Shown: positions 16,037 to 24,405, numbered from the stretch's first letter. The stretch: 32,000 nt of DNA from Longivirga aurantiaca (GCF_042660085.1 NZ_JBHSTI010000001.1:1-32000); one strand, 5' to 3'. Program-made: numbers and translations. The notes: generated by a model not told the origin, from the sequence alone.

Positions 16037-16782
16037 CTCTGCAGCTCCCATGCCCGCACTCCACCGACGATCCCTGCCGTGTTCGGGACGATGACGACGT
16101 CGTCCCCGAGGACGGCGATGACCTCGGGCGACAGCACGCGCGCATTGCCGCCGCCGACGTACAGCCTGTCCCACACGAAGACCGGACGCAGCGCATCGAC
16201 CACACGGCGCACCCGCCGTGACCAGAACGCCGGGCCGAGCCGCTTGCGCTCCTTGTCGCCGATGTAGGTGTCGTACGACTGGCCCCAGCGGACCGGCGCC
16301 TGGGAGAGCTCGAGGTGGGGCGCGAGCCGACCGCCGTCGAAGAGCGCGCAGCCGAGCCCGGTGCCGAGGGTGAGCACCAGCTCGAGGCCCACCCCGGTGA
16401 CGACGCCGGCGCCGTGCACCTCGGCGTCGTTGAGCACGAGAGCGGGCATCCCGAGGCGGGCCGCGAGCGCGGCCTGGGCGTCGAAGCCGTGCCACTGCTC
16501 GACGAGGTCCGGCAGCACCCTGCTGCGCGGACCGCTCTCGGTGACGTAGTGCGGGGTCACGATGACGACGCCGTGGCGGATCATCCCGGGCAGGCCCACC
16601 GTGGCGCGGTCGGCCTTCGGCAGCTCGGTCGCGAGGCCCGCGACGGTGTCCAGGAACCGGTCGATCGACAGCGGGTACGGCGTCGGCACGCGGACCGGCT
16701 TGGCGTGCAGCGTGCCCGCGGGGTCGAGCACGGACGCCTTGATGCCCGTGCCCCCGCAGTCGACGGCGAGCGTCATGGTCAT
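16033..16782 (-). CDS. ROK family sugar kinase, polyphosphate-glucokinase-like
   Basis: 249 aa from MTMTLAVDCGGTGIK (ATP-binding DxGGT). ALVLNDAEVHGAG and LTLGTGLGCALF are ROK signatures. The size fits actinobacterial PpgK, but the substrate cannot be assigned from sequence. Confidence 0.75.
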   Translation of the reverse strand: MTMTLAVDCGGTGIKASVLDPAGTLHAKPVRVPTPYPLSIDRFLDTVAGLATELPKADRATVGLPGMIRHGVVIVTPHYVTESGPRSRVLPDLVEQWHGFDAQAALAARLGMPALVLNDAEVHGAGVVTGVGLELVLTLGTGLGCALFDGGRLAPHLELSQAPVRWGQSYDTYIGDKERKRLGPAFWSRRVRRVVDALRPVFVWDRLYVGGGNARVLSPEVIAVLGDDVVIVPNTAGIVGGVRAWELQR

Positions 16783-16882
16783 GGGCGGATCACGCGGGGC
16801 ATTCTGCTCCCCCCGGCCGCCTACGGCGGCCAGACCCGACGACACGCCGTACTCGCACTAGGACACGTGTTCGATACCTTGC

Positions 16883-16888
16883 TAGGGT
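16883..16888 (+). promoter_or_regulatory. -10-like hexamer TAGGGT, leaderless-type promoter for the AlkB-like gene
   Basis: A TANNNT hexamer lies 6 nt upstream of GTG 16895. The ACACGTGT palindrome lies just upstream (16863-16870). Confidence 0.35.
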
Positions 16889-16894
16889 GCCGCC

Positions 16895-17524
16895 GTGGCA
16901 CTCGCGGTCCAGGCCTCCCTGCTCGACCTCGCCGACGACGTGCGCCTCGGGGCGCTCGGCGGCCGGGTCCGCCGCACCCTGCTCGCGCACGGCGCCTGGG
17001 TCGACCACCGCCCGGGCTGGGTGGAGGGCTCCGACTCCGTGCTCGACACCCTCGTGCGCGACATCCCCTGGCGCAGCGAGCGGCGCCGGATGTACGACCG
17101 CGTCGTCGACGTCCCGCGCCTCATCAGCTGGTACGACGACGCCCGCGACCTGCCGGTGCCGGTCCTCGTCGACGCACGGGCGGCGCTGTCGGCGTACTAC
17201 GCCCCCGAGCTCGGCGAGCCGTTCGTCAGCGCGGGCTGCTGCTTCTACCGCGACGGCCGGGACTCCGTGGCCTGGCACGGCGACACCATCGGCCGCGGAG
17301 CCACCGACGACACCATGGTGGCGATCGTGTCGTTCGGCTCGCCGCGCACGCTGGCGCTGCGTCCGCGCGGCGGCGGGCCGAGCCTCACCTTCCCGCTCGG
17401 CCACGGCGACCTGCTCGTGATGGGCGGGTCGTGCCAGCGCACCTGGGAGCACGCGGTCCCGAAGACCTCGCGCGCGGTCGGGCCGCGCGTGAGCATCCAG
17501 CTCCGACCCGCCGGGGTCGCCTGA
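16895..17524 (+). CDS. alkB: AlkB-like Fe(II)/2-oxoglutarate-dependent dioxygenase
   Basis: 209 aa. The Fe ligands are likely in WHGD and WEHAVP (HxD...H) and the 2OG-binding Arg in RVSIQLR. It has the overall ALKBH-like layout. Confidence 0.75.
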   Translation: MALAVQASLLDLADDVRLGALGGRVRRTLLAHGAWVDHRPGWVEGSDSVLDTLVRDIPWRSERRRMYDRVVDVPRLISWYDDARDLPVPVLVDARAALSAYYAPELGEPFVSAGCCFYRDGRDSVAWHGDTIGRGATDDTMVAIVSFGSPRTLALRPRGGGPSLTFPLGHGDLLVMGGSCQRTWEHAVPKTSRAVGPRVSIQLRPAGVA

Positions 17525-17544
17525 TCCCCTGTTCGGGCCTCTGG

Positions 17545-17587
17545 CACGGGTCGCGGGCCCGGCCTCCTCGCGGAGACCGGACCCGTG
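17545..17587. terminator. Two-tier GC-rich hairpin between convergent alkB-like and MFS genes
   Basis: The outer stem is CACGGGTC / GACCCGTG (8 bp). The inner stem is CGGCCTCC-TCGC-GGAGACCG, with one mismatch. There is no U-tract. Confidence 0.3.
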
Positions 17588-17602
17588 ACCCGGTGCGGAC
17601 CG

Positions 17603-19144
17603 TCAGCCCATGTGCACGACGGCGGAGTCGTCGGCGGCCTCCACCGCGTCCTTGCCGATCTTCAGGAACACCGCGGTGATCACCGCAGCCGCGACCAGGA
17701 AGAACCCGCCCCAGAGGAACGCCTGGGTGTAGCCCTCGGTGAGCGCGATCTTGGTCGTGGCGTCGGTCGGCTCGCCGGGGTTGGCCACGAACCACGCCGT
17801 GGTGGCGGCCACGGCGATCGTGTTCAGCAGGGCCGTGCCGACCGAGCCGCCCACCTGCTGGGTGGTGTTGAGCACCGCCGACGCGACGCCGGCGTCCTCG
17901 CGACCGATGCCGTGCAGCGACGTCGTGGAGATCGGGATGAACACGTGGGCCATGCTCACGCTCATCACGACCATCGCCGGGAACACGTGGGTCCAGTAGT
18001 TGGAGTCGGCCTCGAGGGTCGAGAGCCAGAACAGTCCGATCGAGGCCCCGATGAGGCCGGGGATGATGAGCGGCTTGGGCCCCACGCGCGGCAGGAGCTG
18101 GCTCGCCACGCCCGCGCCCAGGATGATGCCGATGCTGAACGGCAGGAACGCGAAGCCCGCCACCACCGGGGTCATCTCGAGGACGACCTGCAGGTAGAGG
18201 CCGAGGAACAGGAACATCGCGAACATGCCGATGCCGACGACGAGGTTGACGGCGTAGCTGGTGCCGCGGTTGCGGTCGCGCAGGATGCGCAGCGGCAGCA
18301 GCGGGCTCACGGCGCGGCTCTCGATGACGAAGAACGCGACGAGCAGCACGATCGCGGCGCCGAACCAGACGAGGGTCGCGGTGTCGGTCCAGTGCGCGGT
18401 GTCCTGGAAGCCCTGCGGCGCGGCCTTGGTGAAGGCGTACACGAGGGCGACGAGGCCGAGGGTGGCGGTGATGGCGCCGGCGACGTCGTAGCGCGCGGCA
18501 CCGGTGGCCTTGCTCTCCTTGACGAAGCGCGAGGCGAGCACGGCCGCCACGATCGCGATCGGCACGTTGACGAACAGGCACCAGCGCCACGAGAAGTACT
18601 GCGTCAGGACGCCGCCGAGCAGCAGGCCGACCGCGGCGCCACCGCCGGAGATGGCGCCGTAGACGCCGAACGCGCGTGCGCGCTCCTTGGGCTCGTGGAA
18701 GGTGACCGTGAGCAGCGACAGCGCCGCGGGCGCGAGCAGGGCGGCGAACGCGCCCTGGAGGGCGCGGGCGGCGAAGAGCATCTCGGGGCTGGCCGCGAGG
18801 CCACCGAGCGCGGAGGCGAAGGCGAAGCCGATGAGGCCGACGATGAAGATCTTCTTGCGGCCGACGTAGTCGGCGATGCGCCCGCCGAGCAGCAGCAGAC
18901 CGCCGAAAGCGAGGGTGTACGCGGTGATGACCCACTGCTGGTCGGCGTCGGCGATGCCGAGGTCGGCCTTCGCTGCCGGCAGCGCGAGATTCACGATCGA
19001 GGCGTCGAGCACGACCATCAGCGCGCTGATGCCGATGACGAACAGGGCCCGCCAGCGGTTGGGGTCGGGCACGACGTCGTAACCGTGCTCGTTCACCTCG
19101 CCAGAGGTTGCGGTCGAGGCCGCGAGGTCGGGGGTGTTGGACAC
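17603..19144 (-). CDS. MFS transporter, DHA2 (EmrB/QacA, 14-TMS) family
   Basis: About 513 aa. LDASIVNLALP, GRIADYVGRKK and a 14-helix layout are present. I chose the GTG start at 19144 because a GGAAGG SD lies 9 nt upstream and the N-terminus is sensible. The track start 19351 adds 69 low-complexity residues. Confidence 0.8.
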   Translation of the reverse strand: MSNTPDLAASTATSGEVNEHGYDVVPDPNRWRALFVIGISALMVVLDASIVNLALPAAKADLGIADADQQWVITAYTLAFGGLLLLGGRIADYVGRKKIFIVGLIGFAFASALGGLAASPEMLFAARALQGAFAALLAPAALSLLTVTFHEPKERARAFGVYGAISGGGAAVGLLLGGVLTQYFSWRWCLFVNVPIAIVAAVLASRFVKESKATGAARYDVAGAITATLGLVALVYAFTKAAPQGFQDTAHWTDTATLVWFGAAIVLLVAFFVIESRAVSPLLPLRILRDRNRGTSYAVNLVVGIGMFAMFLFLGLYLQVVLEMTPVVAGFAFLPFSIGIILGAGVASQLLPRVGPKPLIIPGLIGASIGLFWLSTLEADSNYWTHVFPAMVVMSVSMAHVFIPISTTSLHGIGREDAGVASAVLNTTQQVGGSVGTALLNTIAVAATTAWFVANPGEPTDATTKIALTEGYTQAFLWGGFFLVAAAVITAVFLKIGKDAVEAADDSAVVHMG

Positions 19145-19370
19145 GGTGGTGCCTTCCGCTTCGGGTGCGGGCGCCGGGAGGCACCTGTTCGTGGTGGCAC
19201 CCGGCTGGGTCGCAGGGGGTGCTCTCGGGCTGGTGTGCCGCGGTGGACCCGCGGCTCGAGGCGCAACCATCGCCGCCCCGGTGTTGTTCCCACTCTGCCT
19301 GAGCGGTCCGACACCGGCTTCTTCGTTTCTGCTGCGCTGGTTCGGGCTCAACCCGCAGCCAGCCGACGGC

Positions 19371-19376
19371 TACGGT
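19371..19376 (+). promoter_or_regulatory. -10-like hexamer TACGGT, leaderless-type promoter for the HipA-like kinase gene
   Basis: A TANNNT hexamer lies 6 nt upstream of ATG 19383. Confidence 0.4.
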
Positions 19377-19382
19377 GACCGC

Positions 19383-20162
19383 ATGACCTCGGCGTTGCGT
19401 ACCGTGCGCGCGACCCGCTACGTGCTCGCCCTGCGCGAGGGCGGCTCGTTGCCGGGCATCGTCGAGGCCGACGACCTGGGCACCTACGTGCTCAAGTTCC
19501 GCGGCGCGGGCCAGGGCCTGCTCGCCCTCGTGGCCGAGGTGGTGACGGGCGAGCTCGCCCGCCGCCTCGGCCTGCCGGTGCCCGAGCTGGTGCTGGCCGA
19601 GCTCGACGGCGGCCTCGCCAACGCCGAGCCCGACGAGGAGGTGCAGGACCTCCTGCGCGCGAGCCACGGCCTCAACCTCGGGATGGACTTCCTGCCCGGC
19701 GCCCTCGGCCTGGAGCGGCCCGACGGCGTCGACCCGCGCCTCGCAGCGCAGGTCGTCTGGTTCGACGCGCTCGTGCTCAACGTCGACCGCTCGTGGCGCA
19801 ACCCCAACCTGCTGCGCTGGCACGGCGACCCGTACCTCATCGACCACGGCGCGGCCCTCTACTTCCACCACGACTGGTCGAGCGCGGCGACCGTGCCGGG
19901 GCGGGCCTACCCCTCGCCGCGCGACCACGTGCTCATGCCCGTGGCCGGCCCCCTCGACGCCGCCCACGCCGCGCTCGCACCCCGCGTCACCGCCGAGCTG
20001 CTCGACGAGGTGCTCGGGCTCGTGCCCGACCAGTGGCTGACCGCGGACGACGCTCACGCCGACGAGCGGCGTACGGCGTACCGCGACCTCCTGCTCGCCC
20101 GCGCGACGAACGCCGACGCGTGGCTCCCCGCCCTGGAGGTGGCCCGTGCCTCATACCTATGA
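19383..20162 (+). CDS. HipA-like serine/threonine kinase family protein
   Basis: 259 aa from MTSALRTV. YVLKFRGAGQG is a P-loop-like region with Lys. LVLNVDRSWRNPNLL is a HipA-type catalytic D-x-x-x-x-N loop. LIDHGAAL is a DFG-equivalent. It is always read together with the overlapping DUF3037 gene. Confidence 0.7.
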   Translation: MTSALRTVRATRYVLALREGGSLPGIVEADDLGTYVLKFRGAGQGLLALVAEVVTGELARRLGLPVPELVLAELDGGLANAEPDEEVQDLLRASHGLNLGMDFLPGALGLERPDGVDPRLAAQVVWFDALVLNVDRSWRNPNLLRWHGDPYLIDHGAALYFHHDWSSAATVPGRAYPSPRDHVLMPVAGPLDAAHAALAPRVTAELLDEVLGLVPDQWLTADDAHADERRTAYRDLLLARATNADAWLPALEVARASYL

Positions 20163-20532
20163 GTGGGCGGTGCTGCGGGTCGTCCCGCGCGTGGAGCGCT
20201 GCGAGTTCGTGAACGTCGGCGTGGTCGTCTACTGCCAGGCGCTCGACTACCTGGCCTGCTCCGTCGCCGACGACCTCGGCCGGGCCCTGTCTCTCGACCC
20301 GACGCTCGACGTCGAGGGCGTGCGCGCCCACCTCGACGCCGTCCGCGCGGTCTGCGAGGGATCGCCCGAGGCGGGCGCGAACGGTGCCCGCAAGCAGGGC
20401 GAGCGCTTCCGATGGCTCGTCGCCCCCCGCAGCACCGTGGTGCAGCCCTCCCCCGTGCACACGGGCATCACCGAGTCCCCGGAGGCCGAGCTGGCCGACC
20501 TTGCGGCGCGGATGGTCGCGCCGCCCTCGTAG
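20146..20532 (+). CDS. DUF3037 domain-containing protein
   Basis: 128 aa. The N-terminus YEWAVLRVVPRVERCEFVNVGVVVY is the DUF3037 hallmark as I recall it. GTG 20146 is preceded by GGAGGTG at a 5-nt spacing. It overlaps the kinase gene by 17 nt. Confidence 0.75.
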   Translation: MPHTYEWAVLRVVPRVERCEFVNVGVVVYCQALDYLACSVADDLGRALSLDPTLDVEGVRAHLDAVRAVCEGSPEAGANGARKQGERFRWLVAPRSTVVQPSPVHTGITESPEAELADLAARMVAPPS

Positions 20533-20566
20533 GCCCCCTCCTGGACACGCGCCGGGCGGGATTGGC

Positions 20567-20572
20567 TACCCT
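20567..20572 (+). promoter_or_regulatory. -10-like hexamer TACCCT upstream of the small membrane protein gene
   Basis: A TANNNT hexamer lies 7 nt upstream of ATG 20580. Confidence 0.3.
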
Positions 20573-20579
20573 CCATGCC

Positions 20580-20789
20580 ATGAGCGGCGCAGAGAGCACC
20601 CACGACGAGCACCACGCCCACAAGGACAGCCCGGTCGCGGCGTCCATCGTCGGGCTGGTCATCGTGATGATCTTCGGCCAGGCCTTCGCCGTGCTCAACA
20701 GCGGCACCTGGGAGACCGGGGTGATCATCGCCGCCGTCGTCCTGGCCGCCTGGACCCTCGTGACGATCTGGGTCCTCGACCGCGACTGA
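20580..20789 (+). CDS. Small membrane protein with a His-rich N-terminus
   Basis: 69 aa. MSGAESTHDEHHAHKDSP is followed by two hydrophobic helices. It is convergent with the copD/ctaG gene, with a 21-nt gap. Coding status is supported only by the ORF, the hydropathy pattern and the start context. Confidence 0.5.
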   Translation: MSGAESTHDEHHAHKDSPVAASIVGLVIVMIFGQAFAVLNSGTWETGVIIAAVVLAAWTLVTIWVLDRD

Positions 20790-20810
20790 CCCCGGCCGAC
20801 GCCTCGTGCG

Positions 20811-22877
20811 TCAGTCCGACCCCTCGCCGCGACGCTTCTCGCTGTCGGCGAGCCGCGCGAGGTACGCGTTGTAGTCCGCGTGCACGTCGCGCCCCCTGCC
20901 CGTCGACGCCGCGCGCTCCTGGGCCCGGTCGCCGCGCCTCGCCTCGCGCTCGTCGCTCTTCACCCACTGCAGGAACAGCGCGATCATCACGATCACGATG
21001 GGCACCTCGCCCAGCGCCCAGCCGATGCTCCCGCCGAGGTGCTGGTCGGCCAGCAGGTCGGTGAGGTACGGCCGCTCCAGCCCGCCGAACCAGTCCTCGG
21101 CGAGGACCTGCGTGGTGGCCATGATCGCCAGCGAGAAGAACGAGTGCAGCGGTATCACGACCAGCAGGATGATGATGCGCACGAGGTACGGCGGACGCGT
21201 GGGCCCCGGGTCGACGCCGATGAGGCTCCAGAAGAAGAGCGAGCCGGCGAGCAGGAAGTGCACGCCCATGAAGATGTGGCCCCAGTGGCTCGTCATGAGC
21301 GTCGGGAACAGCGCCGTCAGGTAGAGGACGTAGAAGCTCGCCACGAAGATGACGGCCGCCACGATCGGGTTGGAGATCACCGTCACGTACCGCGAGTGGA
21401 TGACCATCGTGAGCCACTCGCGGGGGCCCACCTGGTCGCCACCCCGCGGGAGCGTGCGCAGCGCGAGGGTCACGGGCGCCCCGAGCACGAGGAAGATCGG
21501 CGCCACCATGCTCAGCACCATGTGCTGAACCATGTGCACGCTGAACAGCACCGACGCGTACGTCGCCAGCCCGGTGTTGGTCGCGACCAGGATCAGCGCG
21601 CAGCCGACGTACCAGAGCAGGCTGCGGCTGACCGGCCACCGGTCGCCCTCGCGCCGCAGGACGTGGGTGCCCGTCGCGTAGAGCGCGATCATCAGGCAGC
21701 CGACCGCCAGCCAGAAGCCGTCGAGCCGCGCCTCGCCCCAGAGCAGCCCCGTGAGCGAGGGAACCGGCGGCAGGTCGAAGCCGAGCAGCAGCCTCGCCGG
21801 GCTGAGCGCGTCGACGGGCAGCTCGCCCGAGACGGGCGGCGGCGTGCGCGACAGCGCGACCGCGACACCGACGGTCGCTGCCATCACGAGCACCTCGACC
21901 GCCGCGATGCGCAGGAACCCGCGCCGCGCGGTGTCGCCCGAGAGCGCGGGCAGCACGTGCCGCCGGTGCCAGACGCCGAACCACGCGAGCGCGCCGATCA
22001 GCACCACCTTGAGCAGCACGAGCCGGCCGTACGACGTGCTCAGCAGATCCGACGGGGAGGCGAGCCGCACCGCGGCGCTCGCGACGCCCGACAGGGCGAG
22101 GGCCACCGCGCACCACAGTGCGAGCCGGCTGAACCGCGGCACCGCCACCGGCAGCGGGCGCCGGTCGCTCGAGCCGAGGAGGACGAGCGCGACGAGCCCG
22201 CCGACCCACACCGAAGCGGCGAGCACGTGGAGCATGAGGCTCGAGACGGCGAGGGTGTGCTGGTCGGAGGTGCCCGCGTGCGACACGAGCGTGGTGGGCA
22301 GCGTCGCTCCGAGCGCGACCAGGCAGAGCAGGCCCGCACCGGTCGTGGTGCGGATCCACCGGGCGCACACCGCGACGCTCAGGGCGAGCAGCAGCTGCAC
22401 GAGCAGGGCGCGTCCGAGCTCGACGTCGGAGACGAAGCTCCGGAGCAGGGTCGGGTCGAGCACCTCGCCGATCGGCAGCGCGATGATGTCCGACAGCGAC
22501 GTCACCATCTGGCCCAGGACGATGGCGCACCAGACGAGCGCCGACCAACGCGCTGCCCGGGTCCAGGTGAGGCGTGCACCGCGCAGGAGCCCGTCGCGCG
22601 CAGGCACGAGCACCGCACCGAGCAGCAGCAGCCCTACCGTGAGCACCGCCGCCAGGTCGCCGAGCACCCGCAGCACCGGCACCGCCCACTGCGTGCCGAG
22701 GCCGGGGTCGGGCAGCCCGTCGGGGGCGGTGACCGGTCGACCGTCGCCGACCCAGAGCAGCAGGGCCATCACCGTCACGGCGACGACGACGGCGGCGCCG
22801 AGCAGCACGGCGGGGCGCGGGGCGGCAGCGCCGTCCGCCTCCCGTCTCTGCGGCTGGGCCGCCGTCGTGGTGGTCAT
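20811..22877 (-). CDS. copD: Bifunctional copper resistance CopD / cytochrome c oxidase assembly CtaG-like membrane protein
   Basis: 688 aa polytopic protein. The N-terminal half is CopD-like and the C-terminal half is caa3-CtaG-like (HMVQHMVL, HSFFSLAIM). Its ATG overlaps the copC stop (ATGA at 22874-22877). Confidence 0.8.
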   Translation of the reverse strand: MTTTTAAQPQRREADGAAAPRPAVLLGAAVVVAVTVMALLLWVGDGRPVTAPDGLPDPGLGTQWAVPVLRVLGDLAAVLTVGLLLLGAVLVPARDGLLRGARLTWTRAARWSALVWCAIVLGQMVTSLSDIIALPIGEVLDPTLLRSFVSDVELGRALLVQLLLALSVAVCARWIRTTTGAGLLCLVALGATLPTTLVSHAGTSDQHTLAVSSLMLHVLAASVWVGGLVALVLLGSSDRRPLPVAVPRFSRLALWCAVALALSGVASAAVRLASPSDLLSTSYGRLVLLKVVLIGALAWFGVWHRRHVLPALSGDTARRGFLRIAAVEVLVMAATVGVAVALSRTPPPVSGELPVDALSPARLLLGFDLPPVPSLTGLLWGEARLDGFWLAVGCLMIALYATGTHVLRREGDRWPVSRSLLWYVGCALILVATNTGLATYASVLFSVHMVQHMVLSMVAPIFLVLGAPVTLALRTLPRGGDQVGPREWLTMVIHSRYVTVISNPIVAAVIFVASFYVLYLTALFPTLMTSHWGHIFMGVHFLLAGSLFFWSLIGVDPGPTRPPYLVRIIILLVVIPLHSFFSLAIMATTQVLAEDWFGGLERPYLTDLLADQHLGGSIGWALGEVPIVIVMIALFLQWVKSDEREARRGDRAQERAASTGRGRDVHADYNAYLARLADSEKRRGEGSD

Positions 22878-23542
22878 GACGAGGAGCCTGCCTTGCCACG
22901 GCGTGAGGCCGCCACCGCAGCGGTCGCCAGGACGAGCACGGCGAGGCCGCCGAGCACCCACGGCAGGGCCGATCCTCCGGTGGCCTCGGACGAGACCGGC
23001 GACGTGCTGGGCTCGGGCTCGACCGATGCGCTGCCGGTCGGTGCTGCCGCCGACGACCCGGACGGCTCCGCGGTCCCGGGCTCCGAGGCCGACTCGCTCG
23101 GCTCGTCCGTGGCCGTCGGGCTCGGCGACGGCACCGAGGCGACGGTGAACATGAGGCTGCCGGTGACGGGATGCCCGTCCGAGGAGACGACGCGGTACGA
23201 CACCCGCACCTCGCCGGCGACGGTGGGCGGCGTGATGGCCCGGGTGATGACTGCGCCGTCGACGACGAGCGGGCCGTCGGCGAGCCGCACGCCGGCGGAG
23301 TCGGTGACGACGACGGCCGTGCCGAGCTCCAGCACCTCCTCGCCGAAGGTGAGGGTGACGGCCGCGGGTGCCTCCTCGAGCGAGGCGCCGTCAGCCGGGT
23401 CGGTCGAGACGAGCTCGTCGTGCGCCGAGGCCGGGGACGCGAGCGCCACCGGGGCGAGGACCAGTGCGGCGGCCGCGACCGCGGCGCCGACAAGCGATCG
23501 GATCCGGCGCCGCGAGGCGCGAGCAGGACGGGACGTGGACAT
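22874..23542 (-). CDS. copC: CopC-domain copper-binding protein (secreted, C-terminal membrane anchor)
   Basis: 222 aa. A signal peptide ends at ASA, followed by HDELVSTDPADGASL (mature N-terminal His, CopC/YobA signature) and VSSDGHPVTG. It also has a Ser/Pro/Glu-rich linker and a C-terminal TM helix. An AGAAGG SD is present. Confidence 0.85.
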   Translation of the reverse strand: MSTSRPARASRRRIRSLVGAAVAAAALVLAPVALASPASAHDELVSTDPADGASLEEAPAAVTLTFGEEVLELGTAVVVTDSAGVRLADGPLVVDGAVITRAITPPTVAGEVRVSYRVVSSDGHPVTGSLMFTVASVPSPSPTATDEPSESASEPGTAEPSGSSAAAPTGSASVEPEPSTSPVSSEATGGSALPWVLGGLAVLVLATAAVAASRRGKAGSSS

Positions 23543-23596
23543 GCAGGACCTTCTGTCGGTGGTGGGGTGGCGGCAGCGCACGCCCCACCTTCCAGG

Positions 23597-24181
23597 TCAG
23601 CAGGGCGCGAGGAGCCTCGGCGGCCCGCGCCGCGGGCGTCGGCCGACCACGACCAGGCCGGTGCCGGACACAGCCGCCGAGCAGCCCGTGACCGCGAGCG
23701 TCACCATCGCCGGGACGGTGGCGCGCGCGGTGACCAGCCGGACAGCGTGCACCAGCGACCAGAGCGAGAGGGCGCACGCCTCGAGTGCCGCGAGGAGGAG
23801 GGCCGCGACCACCACGGCCGCCGCGTGCGCGAGCAGCATCCGGCCGTCGGGCCCGACGTGCGCGTGGGCCGGGTGCGACGCCGGGCCCACCGCGGACAGG
23901 CGCGGGTCGACGGCACCCGTCGGCGACGTGAGCCACAGGACGCCGTGCACCGCGGGCTGCGCGGCGACGAGGGCCACCAGCAGGCGCGGCGCCGTCCACC
24001 GCTGCGCCGAGGCGACGACGGTGCCGGCCACGACCAGGGCCAGCGCCGCGACGACCGCCGGCGTGACGGCGTCGCCGCCGCCGAGCACGTGGCCGCCGAC
24101 GGCGACGAGCGCCCCGACCAGCCCCACCACGAGGCCGCGGACGCGCCGCAGCGGCGTCACAGGTCGTCGGCTGCCGGTCAC
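23597..24181 (-). CDS. Hypothetical polytopic membrane protein with a His-rich loop, first gene of the cop operon
   Basis: 194 aa with about 4-5 hydrophobic segments and a loop sequence ASHPAHAHVGPDG. The GTG start at 24181 is supported by a TACGAT hexamer 6 nt upstream. I recognised no family. Confidence 0.5.
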   Translation of the reverse strand: MTGSRRPVTPLRRVRGLVVGLVGALVAVGGHVLGGGDAVTPAVVAALALVVAGTVVASAQRWTAPRLLVALVAAQPAVHGVLWLTSPTGAVDPRLSAVGPASHPAHAHVGPDGRMLLAHAAAVVVAALLLAALEACALSLWSLVHAVRLVTARATVPAMVTLAVTGCSAAVSGTGLVVVGRRPRRGPPRLLAPC

Positions 24182-24187
24182 CCGGCC

Positions 24188-24193
24188 ATCGTA
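24188..24193 (-). promoter_or_regulatory. -10-like hexamer TACGAT (minus strand), leaderless-type promoter for the cop-cluster membrane protein gene
   Basis: A TANNNT hexamer lies 6 nt upstream of GTG 24181. Confidence 0.35.
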
Positions 24194-24405
24194 GGTGAGG
24201 GCCGGGGGCCCGCCCGCTGGGGCTGCGGTGAACGGCGGGAGAGCGAGCCGGGGCTTCGTCCGTCCCCGAGCCTCGCCCGCGCGTGCGGGGAACCTCTCAG
24301 TTGCCTCTCCCCGGTGGGATCGGAGCCCTCACCGCGCCAGAATGCACGTGCGCGCGCCGTGAGCGAGCACGCCATCCGGCGCCAGGCACCGACGGAGAGA
24401 GAGTC

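Noticed and set aside
17385-20057. 890-aa minus-strand ORF overlapping the MFS transporter and HipA-like genes
   Set aside because: The Arg/Pro/Gly-rich translation has no domain signature. It is out of frame with the MFS gene and antisense to the kinase gene. GC-content artefact.
20880-24194. 1104-aa ORF on the plus strand spanning the whole copper cluster
   Set aside because: The translation is low-complexity and Arg/Ala/Gly/Pro/His-rich, with no recognisable domain. It is antisense to three well-supported genes (copD/ctaG, copC and the membrane protein). This is a typical stop-codon-poor antisense frame in high-GC DNA.
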